Shown here: one piece after another, positions 27,315 through 37,584 of the stretch
Layout of the letters: every line of letters begins with the position of its first letter
Numbering within the stretch: position 1 is the first letter of the stretch
Source of the DNA: Hadesarchaea archaeon
Lineage (GTDB): Archaea > Hadarchaeota > Hadarchaeia > Hadarchaeales > Hadarchaeaceae
DNA: 64,000 bases
Direction: 5' to 3'
Assembly: GCA_030601675.1 (NCBI GenBank)
Contig: JAUWBN010000001.1
Span: forward strand, 11,027 to 75,026
Made by a program: the position numbers and the translations under genes
The notes under the pieces: generated by a model
Told to the model about the DNA's origin: nothing
The model's database searches: none
Seen by the model: the letters and a program-made list of their open reading frames with translations, nothing else

Positions 27315-28421
27315 TTATAAAATTTTGCCGCGCGCGTAAATCGCTCGGATATTGTCCGCTCGCGCTCGATTGACCAATCCCGCATGCACGTTGGTGAGGT
27401 TTGCGAGATTATTTCCGGGGGTGAGCACCATAAATGTCGCGCTACCCCCCTCCTCAACGGGCCCCCACGGTAAATTGAAAAGTTTTTGGGGTTCAATCGT
27501 GGCTGCACGCAGGAGTTTACGTGCTTCCTCACCTCCCGCAGCAGCATCCGCACGACGCAGGCACGCCCAAGCGAAGGAAAGTTCCTCAAATATGTTTGGC
27601 TGGCATACCATCGCGTTATCCGTTCCAATGCAAAAACGAGCGTTAGCTGCGAGTGCGAGGTGGATGGGAGGTACGCCGACGCCCAGCAAGCTGTTCGCCC
27701 TCGGGCAAAAAACAACGGGGACGTTATTCCTCTGTAGGGACACAAAATCTTCCTCGTTCGCGTGGGTTGCATGAACGATAAAAGATGGGCTGAGTTCAAG
27801 TGCTCGCTCGACCTCATCTCGGGCAGACGCTAACTCGGCAACATGAACCGAGAGAAGTTTCTTTGCCCGCTTGGTTTGTTCGGAGATTGACCGAAGTCCC
27901 TCCTCATCGAAAGCCTCGAGCGAAGGCAAACCAATCCCATCTGATTTTTTTAAAACAATTTTCAGTTCTTCGAGCGCGGACGGGCGACCCATGATAATTG
28001 ATTTTACCGCTTTGTGTGATGCCCCTCGAAGGAGCTCGACCCCTTCCGCTCCACCCTCCCTGAAGTCGCAGTGGGCGAGGGTGCTGGTGCGGAACATGTC
28101 CTGAAGCGTCGCGCGAACCGATGCAATCAACTCGCTGCGCGAACGTGAGCCCAGGGCACGAAATTTCTCCCCGCCTGGGCCGACCACTTGGGGCTGTGCC
28201 AAGCCGAGATAAAGCTCCTTGGAAACGGAATCAGCGACATGGGTATGCGCGTTCACGAAGGGAGGCAGGATGAACCCTCGTTTTAGATCGATGGCCCGCC
28301 CCGGGGGGGAGCCTTCGGAAATTTTTTCAATTAAGCCATCACGGACCACGAGGTAGCCGCGCGTGAGTTCGAGCTCCTCGCCCTCGAGAATGGTCGCGTT
28401 GGAAAGTACTCGCTTTGCCAT
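27315..28421 (-). CDS. Amidohydrolase-family metal-dependent hydrolase (chlorohydrolase/deaminase-like)
   Basis: NAHTHV metal-binding motif. 368 aa. Confidence 0.65.
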   Translation of the reverse strand: MAKRVLSNATILEGEELELTRGYLVVRDGLIEKISEGSPPGRAIDLKRGFILPPFVNAHTHVADSVSKELYLGLAQPQVVGPGGEKFRALGSRSRSELIASVRATLQDMFRTSTLAHCDFREGGAEGVELLRGASHKAVKSIIMGRPSALEELKIVLKKSDGIGLPSLEAFDEEGLRSISEQTKRAKKLLSVHVAELASARDEVERALELSPSFIVHATHANEEDFVSLQRNNVPVVFCPRANSLLGVGVPPIHLALAANARFCIGTDNAMVCQPNIFEELSFAWACLRRADAAAGGEEARKLLRAATIEPQKLFNLPWGPVEEGGSATFMVLTPGNNLANLTNVHAGLVNRARADNIRAIYARGKIL

Positions 28422-28488
28422 GGGGCGCCCAACCCGCCTTGTTCAATCATGACTTAAAGGTTTATCAAACTCAGTATGACCGAGGCCG

Positions 28489-29001
28489 ATGGAACTAGTT
28501 GTCTTTAACGCCCGAGAGTGCGATCCCAAAAAGTGCACCACGATGCGCTTACATCGATTTGGGAAAATTCAGATGGTTTTCCAGCCCCGTGCTCTGCCGA
28601 ACGGCGCGATTCTGCTCGACCCGTTTGCGGAGCAAGCGCTCTCCGCGGGAGATGCGGAAGTTGCGAGCCAACGTGGGTTAGTGGCGCTCGATTGTTCATG
28701 GAAGCAGATCGGGCAAATTTCCCGCCTCCGAAAGCGGATGGTGCCACGAAGCCTGCCCTACTTGGTCGCTGCCAACCCCACGTACTATGGCCGCCCAACG
28801 ATATTGAGCACCGCCGAGGCGCTTGCGGCGGCCCTATTCATTTTGGGTGAACGAAGCCGTGCGAGGGAGATCCTCAGTATTTTCAAGTGGGGCCCAACAT
28901 TTCTCGAGCTGAATCACGAGCCGCTAGAAGCTTACGCCGACGCCGATGACAGCACGGAAGTCGTTGCCCTCCAGCGTCAATTCATGCCTTCCGCGAGGTA
29001 A
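28489..29001 (+). CDS. tsr3: Tsr3/DUF367 family 16S rRNA aminocarboxypropyltransferase
   Basis: 170 aa with the conserved LDCSW context typical of archaeal Tsr3. Confidence 0.6.
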   Translation: MELVVFNARECDPKKCTTMRLHRFGKIQMVFQPRALPNGAILLDPFAEQALSAGDAEVASQRGLVALDCSWKQIGQISRLRKRMVPRSLPYLVAANPTYYGRPTILSTAEALAAALFILGERSRAREILSIFKWGPTFLELNHEPLEAYADADDSTEVVALQRQFMPSAR

Positions 29002-29069
29002 CAACTGGGGAGTTGTATTCCCAGAAAAAAGGTTTAAACTTGCGGGTACCTAAATAAATTGGTGGCGAG

Positions 29070-29246
29070 ATGCGCAGACGACGAGAGGAAGCGATGCCCC
29101 CCACGGGCGCCGGACTGATACGCTACTTTAAAGAGGAGGGCCACGGCATCAAAATTTCGCCAAAGAGTATAGTAATTTTCACCATCGCCATCATAATTTT
29201 CGAGATATTCCTGCGTTTTTACGGCAAAGCTTTGCTCGGGTTCTAG
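29070..29246 (+). CDS. secG: Preprotein translocase subunit Sec61beta (archaeal SecG)
   Basis: 58 aa, below the 60-aa ORF-track cutoff. PPTGAGLIRYFKEE followed by a single TM helix. GGTGG sits 5 nt before the ATG. Confidence 0.55.
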   Translation: MRRRREEAMPPTGAGLIRYFKEEGHGIKISPKSIVIFTIAIIIFEIFLRFYGKALLGF

Positions 29247-30103
29247 AACCGCCCAGTTCTGGCCATCTCCTCGAGCCGTCGAATCCGTTCCTCAGTCGAT
29301 GGGTGGGTCGAGAAAAGCCCCCTCATGCTGACCTTTGCGAATGGGTTAACGATGAACATGTGGGAGGTCGATGGGTTGCCCTTCTGCATGGGTCTGTTCC
29401 TGACAGCTGATTGAAGGCTGCGCAGGGCGCTCGCCAGCGCGAGCGGTTTGCGCGAGATGCTGGCCCCACCGCGGTCCGCCCCATATTCGCGCCCGCGGGA
29501 TATCGAGAGCCTGACCAACATCGCGCAAAATGGTATCATGACCATCGCCAGGATTGCCAAGATCCCCCCTCCGCCGCGCCTGCGTCCACCACCCGCAAAT
29601 ATCGAGAACCACATCACATAGGTGATTACCGCCCCGATGATCGCCGCCATGGTGTTGATCAACATATCGCGGTTCTTCACGTGGGCGAGCTCGTGTCCCA
29701 ACACACCCTCGAGCTCATCCTTGTTCAACAGACGCATCGCCCCCTGCGTCACCGCGACGACCGAATGGGAGGGACTACGCCCGGTAGCGAACGCGTTTGG
29801 TGTGTCCGTGGGGATGATCGCCACCCGGGGTTTCGGCAGACGTGCACTCGATGCCAGGCGTTCCACCGTGCGGTGCAGCTCAGGCTCCTCGGCCTCGCTC
29901 ACGATTTTGGCCTTATAGAGCCTAAGCACCCATCGGTCGGCGTACCAGTACATGGCGATGTTCAGTACCACGGCCATGATGAGGGCAAATGTGAAGGTGA
30001 AAACTAGATTGGTGCCGGTGAGGTATCCGGCCACGAGACCCATCGCTAGCAAAAGCCCCGTGAGCATGGCCATCAGCAATGCGACTCGCGCGGTTCCACC
30101 CAT
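29243..30103 (-). CDS. htpX: HtpX-like M48 zinc metalloprotease
   Basis: HELAHV zinc motif with TM helices. Start placed at MGGTARVALLM. Confidence 0.8.
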   Translation of the reverse strand: MGGTARVALLMAMLTGLLLAMGLVAGYLTGTNLVFTFTFALIMAVVLNIAMYWYADRWVLRLYKAKIVSEAEEPELHRTVERLASSARLPKPRVAIIPTDTPNAFATGRSPSHSVVAVTQGAMRLLNKDELEGVLGHELAHVKNRDMLINTMAAIIGAVITYVMWFSIFAGGGRRRGGGGILAILAMVMIPFCAMLVRLSISRGREYGADRGGASISRKPLALASALRSLQSAVRNRPMQKGNPSTSHMFIVNPFAKVSMRGLFSTHPSTEERIRRLEEMARTGRF

Positions 30104-30120
30104 GCCATCGCCAAAATTGA

Positions 30121-30678
30121 TTATTCGCCACTTGTTAAAAAAACTTCCTCTAACCAATCCACTTTACCGGGCCTGAGCGAAACTTTGCCATCCAGCGCAT
30201 CCGAGAACAGTTTTACCGCGGCATCTGGGCTCAGTTTTGTCACGTCGATTTCGTAAACCTCGTCCATACCGTGCGCTTGAACGGCTTCCCAGAGGATAAT
30301 GCTCAGGGCCTCCGATTCGATGTTGTCGCGAATTTTGGCCTTCGAGTACTTGCGGGCACGAAGGCGCCGCTCGAGGACCTTTGGTCTGGTCCGGAGTATG
30401 ATAACATGGGTGAGGTATTTTTTGGGCAGCAGGTGTGCCAGCAGCCCCTCGACGACGACCGGGCCGCGAGAAGCTCGAATTGTGCGGACGAATTCCTTCC
30501 GCATTTTTTGAAGGTTGGCAATCTTCGTGTCGTTAACATCGAGTCTGTAAATTTTCTTCCTTCGGATAAGCGCGTTGAGATCGATTACTTGAGCGTTGAG
30601 TTTTTTCGCGAGCGCTCTGGCAAAAATCGACTTTCCCGTGCCCGGGGTGCCACTAACTGCTATCACCAAGCGCGCCAT
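30121..30678 (-). CDS. Fap7/adenylate-kinase-isozyme-6-like P-loop NTPase
   Basis: GTPGTGKS Walker A motif. 185 aa, small archaeal AK6-like. Confidence 0.55.
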   Translation of the reverse strand: MARLVIAVSGTPGTGKSIFARALAKKLNAQVIDLNALIRRKKIYRLDVNDTKIANLQKMRKEFVRTIRASRGPVVVEGLLAHLLPKKYLTHVIILRTRPKVLERRLRARKYSKAKIRDNIESEALSIILWEAVQAHGMDEVYEIDVTKLSPDAAVKLFSDALDGKVSLRPGKVDWLEEVFLTSGE

Positions 30679-31700
30679 CAGAGTTTCTCCGAGCGCAAAT
30701 CGATGACGTTCTCGGGGTCCTTGCCCGTTGAGATCAGGGTGACCGGCACCTTGAGCTCACCCTCGATGCGCTCGATGAATGCCTTTGCATCCGCGGGGAG
30801 CTGCCCATAACTCCGGAGCCCAGAACTACCCTTGAAGAGCCGATCCAAACAGGTTATGGTGATTTGAGTGGCACCGTTTATCATCACCGAGCGCTTCGCC
30901 AGCTCGAAGTCGAACGCCCCGATGCGCCTCCGCCGCCCGGTGACCGTGCCGTACTCTACAATTCCAAGTCGCTTGGCCTCATCCACGGCCATCTCGGTCG
31001 GGAAGGGTCCCTCACCGACCCGGCTCACGTACGCCTTGAAGACGAGCATGACGTCATCGATCTTGGTTGGACCCACGCCCACATCGGCCGCAAGCGTGCT
31101 CGCTGAAGTATCCTTGCTCGTGACATAAGGATAGGTGCCGTGAATCAAAGAAAGGCCGAAACCCTGTGACCCCTCAATGAGCACGAGTTCATCCCTCCCC
31201 AGGGCGTCGCCAACCTCCTGGGGGACATCGGTGAGAAAGCGTTTGAGTTCAGGAATTTCCTCCGCCAGCTTTGCAACGCGGTTCACCCTCGCAACGTTTG
31301 CCGGGCCGCAGCCCGTCCCCGTGGTGCCTATCTTGCCCTTCAGGTGCGCCGAGGTGCGATCCCGCTCGATGTGGAGGGACTCGATGACCGTGCAGCGCCG
31401 ATCCACGCCGAGCCTATCGCCCGTGCCCGTCAGCTCGACCTCCTTCAGCACGATCTCGGGGTTGACGAGCACCCCGGGCCCGATGAGCAGGCGCGCCCCC
31501 TCGTAGGTGAATCCACATGGGATTTGGCGCAGCCCTAATTTCTTCCCCCGGGCGTACACCGTGTGACCGGCGTTCGGCCCTACTCCCGCGCGCGCGACGA
31601 TTTTCGGTTTATCGTGGAGCGCAAGATATGCGATGATTTTTCCCTTGCCCTCATCACCCCAGAATCCCCCCGCAACGATCATGCACGGCAAACCCTTCAC
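30678..31700 (-). CDS. purA: Adenylosuccinate synthetase (short archaeal form)
   Basis: [12 protein letters not shown]-loop and GTTGTGCGP motifs. 340 aa. Confidence 0.85.
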   Translation of the reverse strand: MKGLPCMIVAGGFWGDEGKGKIIAYLALHDKPKIVARAGVGPNAGHTVYARGKKLGLRQIPCGFTYEGARLLIGPGVLVNPEIVLKEVELTGTGDRLGVDRRCTVIESLHIERDRTSAHLKGKIGTTGTGCGPANVARVNRVAKLAEEIPELKRFLTDVPQEVGDALGRDELVLIEGSQGFGLSLIHGTYPYVTSKDTSASTLAADVGVGPTKIDDVMLVFKAYVSRVGEGPFPTEMAVDEAKRLGIVEYGTVTGRRRRIGAFDFELAKRSVMINGATQITITCLDRLFKGSSGLRSYGQLPADAKAFIERIEGELKVPVTLISTGKDPENVIDLRSEKL

Positions 31701-31849
31701 CTCTGCCCACTAAGCGGTGCCGCCTTAAATTTTTATTGAACTTGGCCACGACCAACGTGACTTGATGGATGAAAGTTTTCCCAACTCATGCAAAGCCATT
31801 AAAAACTCGATTTTCACCAAAATTACCTATTTAAAAGCCCATTTGAGGA

Positions 31850-31862
31850 AAGGTTTAAATAC
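31850..31862 (+). promoter_or_regulatory. BRE/TATA-like element upstream of the histone gene
   Basis: AAAGGTTTAAATA lies about 65 nt upstream of the ATG. GGAGG lies 9 nt upstream of the ATG. Confidence 0.35.
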
Positions 31863-31923
31863 TGCCCAAATAAATGGAAAATTTGCCCTACAAGTGGCTT
31901 GAAATACTCGAGGAGGCGGATAA

Positions 31924-32130
31924 ATGGTTGAATTGCCCGTCGCGGCGATAGATCGCATCATCCGAAAATCGGGTGCCAAGCGGGTGAGTGAGAGCGCAGC
32001 CGTTGCACTGGCCGAGGTTCTCGAAGAGCGCGCCCTCTCAATTGCGAACGAAGCAGCTAAGCTCGCGGAGCACGCTGGACGAAGGACCGTTCGAGATGTC
32101 GATATCAGGCTGGCTGCTAAGAGGCTCTAA
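31924..32130 (+). CDS. Archaeal histone (HMf-like histone fold)
   Basis: 68 aa. ELPVAAIDRIIRK...RRTVRDVDIRLAAK matches the archaeal histone A/B pattern. Confidence 0.85.
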   Translation: MVELPVAAIDRIIRKSGAKRVSESAAVALAEVLEERALSIANEAAKLAEHAGRRTVRDVDIRLAAKRL

Positions 32131-32168
32131 TTTTAAATTCTCCTCGCCCTAATGATTTTGGGATTTGA

Positions 32169-32486
32169 TTGAGCGAAGCCGAGCCGCGCGTAAGTGAGAT
32201 GCCGCGCCTCTATAACGTCTTCGACATGCCGAAGCTCATGTCGGTGCGAGCAACCACAACACTTCGTTCAAAAGTTGATCTCGAAGAAATCCTCAAGCGA
32301 ATTCCCCGTGCGCGAAAGGTGAAAACATCGAACAAGGAGATCGTGAAATTCGAGCTAAGCCGGGGCACTTATCTCCTTCTCTTTCCCTCGCGCTACGTCG
32401 AGGTTCATGCTCCCGACGAAGGAAGCGTTCGCGAGACCCTGCTGGCCTTCAGGGACGAGCTCTTCAAAAATGGGTTGATCAAATAG
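32169..32486 (+). CDS. Hypothetical protein with a single TBP-repeat-like domain
   Basis: V-AT-TL---DLE-I...I-F-L...T-LLF-S...V-GA spacing parallels one TBP repeat. TTG start, though the real start could be an internal Met. Confidence 0.35.
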   Translation: MSEAEPRVSEMPRLYNVFDMPKLMSVRATTTLRSKVDLEEILKRIPRARKVKTSNKEIVKFELSRGTYLLLFPSRYVEVHAPDEGSVRETLLAFRDELFKNGLIK

Positions 32487-32497
32487 CTGGTTCTAGC

Positions 32498-33445
32498 ATG
32501 CGAGAGTTGTTGAAAGGTGCACGAATAGCCGTAGAAATCTGTATGGGCGTCAAATCTGGAGAACGCATCTTGGTTGTTACAGACCCCCCGAGGCGAAAAA
32601 TTGCCGAAGCCCTTCTCGAAGCCGCTCGCATCGTCGGGGCCAAAACAATGCTCATCTGCATGCCAACTGGTATCAGGCATGGGGGGGAACCGCCAAAAAT
32701 CGTGGGGCAGGCGATGCGCACCGCCGATGTCGTGTTCGCGCCCACCACCTACTCGCTTACCCACACCCAAGCCCGCCTTGAAGCGTGCGAAGCTGGCGCG
32801 AGAGTCGCGACGATGCCGATGATAACCGAGACCATAATGCAGCGCGGCGCAATGCTCGCTGACTACAAACAAGTAAGCAAGTTGACGATGAAAATTGTAA
32901 ACCTATTTGATAAAGCATCCGAAGTTGAAGTTCGGACCAGAGCTGGGACTTATTTAACCTTCAGCATCGAGGGACGAAGAGCGCACCCCGATACTGGAAT
33001 CTTCCACAAACCAGGCGATTACGGGAACTTGCCAGCTGGCGAGGCTTTCATCGCGCCGATCGAGGGTACAGCTGAGGGGAAAGTGGTCGTCGACGGCTCG
33101 ATGGTCGATACCTTACGTGGGGCAATTGAGATCTTAATCGAAAGGGGGAGAACGGTGAAAATTTCCGGTGGGCCTGCTCGAAAGCTCACCAAGATGCTGG
33201 AGGAAGCCGGGGCAAAAGCTAGAAATTTAGCTGAATTCGGCATGGGCACAAACCCGAAAGCACGCCTCATCGGAAATGTGCTCGAGGACGAGAAAGTTCT
33301 CGGCACCTGTCACATCGCGCTGGGGGACAACTCGACCTTCGGTGGGCGGGTTCGGGCTGGAATTCATGTGGATGGTATCTTCTTGAAGCCCACGGTTAAA
33401 TTCGATGAAAAGATGATAATGAAAAACGGAAAACTCAAAGTTTAG
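32498..33445 (+). CDS. Putative aminopeptidase (M29/aminopeptidase-T-like)
   Basis: C-terminal EDEKVLGTCHIALGDN resembles the M29 metal-binding region. The assignment is uncertain. Confidence 0.45.
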   Translation: MRELLKGARIAVEICMGVKSGERILVVTDPPRRKIAEALLEAARIVGAKTMLICMPTGIRHGGEPPKIVGQAMRTADVVFAPTTYSLTHTQARLEACEAGARVATMPMITETIMQRGAMLADYKQVSKLTMKIVNLFDKASEVEVRTRAGTYLTFSIEGRRAHPDTGIFHKPGDYGNLPAGEAFIAPIEGTAEGKVVVDGSMVDTLRGAIEILIERGRTVKISGGPARKLTKMLEEAGAKARNLAEFGMGTNPKARLIGNVLEDEKVLGTCHIALGDNSTFGGRVRAGIHVDGIFLKPTVKFDEKMIMKNGKLKV

Positions 33446-33466
33446 TTTTATTCTACCATTACCGAC

Positions 33467-34213
33467 TTAGCGAGCTTTGCGCACGAGCTTGGATGCAGCT
33501 TCTTCGTCAAGGATAAAAATACAGTTGGGATGCCTCTGGAGAATAGATGCAGGCACATCGGTAGTTATCGGACCTTCAACGGACTTGGCAACGGCCTCCG
33601 CCTTTCCCACGCCGCTCGCTAGGAGTATGATCTTTCTCACCTCCATGATGGTTTCCATTCCCATGGAGAGGGCTTGGCGAGGCACCTCCTCGATGGATTT
33701 GAAGAAGCGCGCATTGTCTTTTATCGTTCGCTCCGAAAGGTTCACAACCATCGTTCTGGAGTCGGATGGTGAACCCGGCTCGTTGAAGGCTATGTGCCCG
33801 TTAGCCCCTATGCCTAGTAGCTGAAGGTCGATTCCGCCCGCCCTTTTGATGAGTTCCTCAAATTCTTTACAAGTCCTTTGGAGATCGGCTGATAAACCGT
33901 CGGGAACATACGTGTTTTCTATTTTGATATTCACGTGGCGGAAGAGGTTTTCGTCCATAAAGTATCGGTAGCTCTGGGGGTGGGTTGGTGGTAACCCGAT
34001 GTACTCATCGAGATTGAAGGTTATAACGCGAGAGAAGTCGAGCCCCTCCTCCTTGTGCATGCGGATAAGCTCCTGATAACAGCCCACGGGAGTACCGCCC
34101 GTCGCCAGACCGAGAACTAAGTTCGGCTTGTTCCTTATGGCATCAGCAATTATCCTCGCGGCTCTGCTGCTCATTTCATCATAATCTTTTACGATGGAGA
34201 TATTGGTTGACAT
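33467..34213 (-). CDS. nagB: Glucosamine-6-phosphate deaminase
   Basis: GLATGGTP and FNLDEY motifs. 248 aa. Confidence 0.85.
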   Translation of the reverse strand: MSTNISIVKDYDEMSSRAARIIADAIRNKPNLVLGLATGGTPVGCYQELIRMHKEEGLDFSRVITFNLDEYIGLPPTHPQSYRYFMDENLFRHVNIKIENTYVPDGLSADLQRTCKEFEELIKRAGGIDLQLLGIGANGHIAFNEPGSPSDSRTMVVNLSERTIKDNARFFKSIEEVPRQALSMGMETIMEVRKIILLASGVGKAEAVAKSVEGPITTDVPASILQRHPNCIFILDEEAASKLVRKAR

Positions 34214-34215
34214 AT

Positions 34216-36105
34216 CTACTTGGCCCCCCTCTTCTTCAATTCCCGCTCGAGCAGTTGATGTACCAGCTTGCCATCGGCCCGCCCCCGCACCCGCTCCATG
34301 AGAATTCCCATGAGTGGGGCAATCGCCGCTCGCCCCCGCCGCTCGATGAGTTCGCGATTGCCCGCAACGACTTCCCTCACGAGTTTCCTGAGCTCGGCCT
34401 TCTCCATCACGGCAAGCCCCAGCTTCTCGATCGCCGTTTGAACGCTCACGCCTCGCGCGGCCCCCCTCAAGACCTCTGGTACCGCTTCCTTCGCGAGTTT
34501 TCCCTTCGCCACGCCCGCGAAGAGCCCCTCAAGCACCGCTTTTTGGATGACCTCTACTCGCACGCCCTCGCGCCTCAAGCTCACCAATGTCTCTTCAAGG
34601 GTCGTCGCAATCAGGGTCGGGTTGGCTTTGGACTTCCTGGCGAGTTCCTCGAAAAGCTCCAAGTTTTCCGACAAGCTCATCCGCTCGGCCAGTTCCTTCC
34701 CAAGCCCGTATTTCTCCATCAAGCGCGCGCGCCGCTTCTCGGGCAGCTCCGGCAACCGTGCCTTAATTTGCCTCAGCCTTAGTGGGGTAATCGCGATGGG
34801 GGGAATGTCCGTCTCGGGATACATCCGTCCGGCACCCGGTAACGGGCGCATGAACTCCGTGTTCCCATCAGGCAGGGCTCGGCGCGTCTCCTCGGGGATC
34901 CCCCCGAGCGCTTGGTTTGCTCTGTCAACGACCGCGCTGAGCGCGGCCTCCGCCTTCTCCTTGGCGTCCGCTATGAACACGACCGCATCGCCTTCCACGG
35001 CACCCGTTGCCCTCCTCAATCCATTGATTTCCTCCTGCGAGATCCCATAGGCCGGTAGCTCGTCCGTGTGGAAGAGGCCGCCGACCCCGCCGTAGAGCTT
35101 GGCACAATCCGCGAGCTCCGTGCCGAACCTCCGGCCGGGCTGCAACTCTTTGCCCAAGAACCCGGCGAACTTGGGCAGTTTGACGGCGAGTACGGTACCA
35201 CCAGCTTGGAGCGCACTGCGGATGACCCCCGAGCTCGTCTTGGAGAACACCCTCCTCACGTCGATGATTTTTTTCACGACCCTCCTGGCCCCGCGCCACC
35301 TTATTTCATCGCGGATCTCCAAGAGAGCCAGTTGTCTTTGAACTTCGCGTTCGATTACCGTCGAGATGAGCGCGAGCTCCTGTACCCCCTTGATCTCTTG
35401 GCGCGCGCCTCCAGCTATCGAGATGTTTACGTCCTGACGGATGGTGCCTATCCCTCGCTTGACCTTGCCGGTGGCGCGGAGAAGTTGTCCGATGTAGAGC
35501 GCGGCTTTGGCCGGCGTGTAAGGGTCGAAGAAATCTGGTCCCGTGGCGATCTCGACGAGTGGGATACCTAGCCGATCCAAACGGTAATCGATGAGTCCGA
35601 CGCCCTCATCCATCTTTCGCGCCGCATCCTCCTCCAAGCAAATAGTTGGGACCCGAAAACTCTTCCCCTCGACCTCGACGCGGCCACCCGTGGCTATTAA
35701 GAGGGTCCGTTGGAAGCCGCACGTGTTGCTTCCGTCGATCACTATCTTCCGCATCGTGTGCACCTCATCGAGGGGCTTTGCGTTCAGTAAGAGGGCAGCC
35801 TCGAGCGTGATGTCCACAGCTTCCTCGTTGACGAGGTGCGGGGGTTCCTCATCCAGCTCGACCAAGCAAACGCTATCGGGATAAAGCTGATACCTGAACC
35901 CTTTTCCCTTCAGCGCCTCCGCCAGCGCGGCGCGATCCACCTCCCCCAGCTCGCTCTGGGTCGGACGTAACCTTCGCTTCACCTCGAGTCGCGGCTCTTC
36001 ATCGCGCAGCGCTGAAGGGCAGTTGCAAAACAACTTGTGGGTGTCAAGCTCTTGGTGGATCTCAAACCCGACGCGCAGGCCAAGTTTCTCGTAATTCAAC
36101 TCCAT
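34216..36105 (-). CDS. gatE: Glu-tRNA(Gln) amidotransferase subunit E
   Basis: GLRVGFEIHQEL start and GatB/E-type domains. 629 aa. Confidence 0.9.
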   Translation of the reverse strand: MELNYEKLGLRVGFEIHQELDTHKLFCNCPSALRDEEPRLEVKRRLRPTQSELGEVDRAALAEALKGKGFRYQLYPDSVCLVELDEEPPHLVNEEAVDITLEAALLLNAKPLDEVHTMRKIVIDGSNTCGFQRTLLIATGGRVEVEGKSFRVPTICLEEDAARKMDEGVGLIDYRLDRLGIPLVEIATGPDFFDPYTPAKAALYIGQLLRATGKVKRGIGTIRQDVNISIAGGARQEIKGVQELALISTVIEREVQRQLALLEIRDEIRWRGARRVVKKIIDVRRVFSKTSSGVIRSALQAGGTVLAVKLPKFAGFLGKELQPGRRFGTELADCAKLYGGVGGLFHTDELPAYGISQEEINGLRRATGAVEGDAVVFIADAKEKAEAALSAVVDRANQALGGIPEETRRALPDGNTEFMRPLPGAGRMYPETDIPPIAITPLRLRQIKARLPELPEKRRARLMEKYGLGKELAERMSLSENLELFEELARKSKANPTLIATTLEETLVSLRREGVRVEVIQKAVLEGLFAGVAKGKLAKEAVPEVLRGAARGVSVQTAIEKLGLAVMEKAELRKLVREVVAGNRELIERRGRAAIAPLMGILMERVRGRADGKLVHQLLERELKKRGAK

Positions 36106-36132
36106 CTAAAACTCTCTCCGACCTCAGCCAGC

Positions 36133-37488
36133 CTAATCACCGGCTTTAAGGGAGAACACTGGCTTCAGGAATACATCCGGCCTCGTCCGCGGGGTGATCT
36201 CGCCAGCCAGATTCGTGCGCATCAGCTTCGAAACCTCCTCGACCCCTTTAGCATGGGCGAGCACCCACATCAGTTTTACATAAGCGGTTTCGGGAAGCAT
36301 GTCCTCAGCTGGAATCACGCCCAGCTGGAGCAAATCGCGGCCCGTGGAGTAAACCTTCATGTCGATTCGCCCCCAAAGACACTGCGAAGTCATCACCACG
36401 GGCACCCCTTTGCCCACAGCGAACTTGATCCCTTCAAACAACGACTCCGGCACGTGTCCCAGACCCGTTCCCTCTAGCACGATACCTTTATCCCCCGCCT
36501 TAAGCATGCCCTCGATGACACTCGAAGGCATCCCCGGCGTGACCTTCAGGAGCGCCACGCGCGGCTCGAATTTTCCATCGACCTTTACCCTGCCTTTCGG
36601 CTTCGCGCGGTTGTAGTCGTCACGGAAAAGTTTCAACTCACCGCCCCGAACCATGCCGATTGGAATATCGTTGATCGTCTGGAAGGTGTCGCGGCGGCTC
36701 GTGTGGCACTTGCGGACCTTGGTGCCCCGATGGATCAGGCAAAAATCATCCTCCGTCGACCCATGCATCACCACACACACCTCGGCGATGTCGGACTTGC
36801 CAGCCACCGTGACCGCCCCTATCAAGTTGAGCGCCGCATCGCTGCTGGGACGGTCCGAGGAGCGTTGGGAGCCCACGAGCACGACCGACCTGAAGAGGTC
36901 CTTGAGCATGAAGCTCAACGCGGCGGCGGTGTAGCCCATGGTGTCGGTGCCGTGTGCGACGACCACCCCCCTAGCGCCCGCATTCAGCTCCTTTGCAATC
37001 GCCTTTCCGACTTTCACCCAGAGCTCAGGCGTCATGTGCTCGCTGAAAACGTTGCAGGCCTCGATGACACGTATGTTTGCTAAATCGGCTAATTCCGGCA
37101 CGGCGCTGTAAATCTCCTCAGGCGTGAACGCTGGGTAAACGGCGCCAGTCCGATAATCGACGCGAGAGGCGATGGTGCCCCCCGTGCCGACAATGCTCAC
37201 ATCAGGTTTTGAGGGGTCTCGCTTGATTTTGAGGGGAGGTATGCCCAACCTCGGTGGCTTTCCCTTCTCGAGCTTCACCAGCTTTGCCCCCTTGCCGAGC
37301 TTGATGCCGAGGTTGTATCCGCTTGCGAGCTTGAGGACGATGTGATTTGGATCACCTAGTTCAGTTCGAGGCATGAGCACGCCCTCGTAAACTGAGCCGG
37401 CCTTCTCCACCCTAACCCGATCGCCGACCTCGACCGAAGCTGCCCTCAGGAGCTGCTGAACCTTCCCCCTGTAGCTGGACATCCGCAC
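36133..37488 (-). CDS. gatD: Glu-tRNA(Gln) amidotransferase subunit D (asparaginase-like)
   Basis: N-terminal AMMPUK-like domain plus TGGTIAS asparaginase motif. It sits immediately upstream of gatE in the operon. Confidence 0.9.
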   Translation of the reverse strand: MRMSSYRGKVQQLLRAASVEVGDRVRVEKAGSVYEGVLMPRTELGDPNHIVLKLASGYNLGIKLGKGAKLVKLEKGKPPRLGIPPLKIKRDPSKPDVSIVGTGGTIASRVDYRTGAVYPAFTPEEIYSAVPELADLANIRVIEACNVFSEHMTPELWVKVGKAIAKELNAGARGVVVAHGTDTMGYTAAALSFMLKDLFRSVVLVGSQRSSDRPSSDAALNLIGAVTVAGKSDIAEVCVVMHGSTEDDFCLIHRGTKVRKCHTSRRDTFQTINDIPIGMVRGGELKLFRDDYNRAKPKGRVKVDGKFEPRVALLKVTPGMPSSVIEGMLKAGDKGIVLEGTGLGHVPESLFEGIKFAVGKGVPVVMTSQCLWGRIDMKVYSTGRDLLQLGVIPAEDMLPETAYVKLMWVLAHAKGVEEVSKLMRTNLAGEITPRTRPDVFLKPVFSLKAGD

Positions 37489-37584
37489 CAGCTTGCACTA
37501 ATGCGCGCAGACTTACATCGGTAGCCCCAGAGTTCTCGGGGAAGGACCGATCCCAACCGAGAAGTGGGGCTGTTTTGAAAAAAA

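Noticed and set aside
27284-27817. 177-aa ORF overlapping the amidohydrolase gene in another frame
   Set aside because: An alternative frame of a gene with a clear amidohydrolase signature. No independent support.
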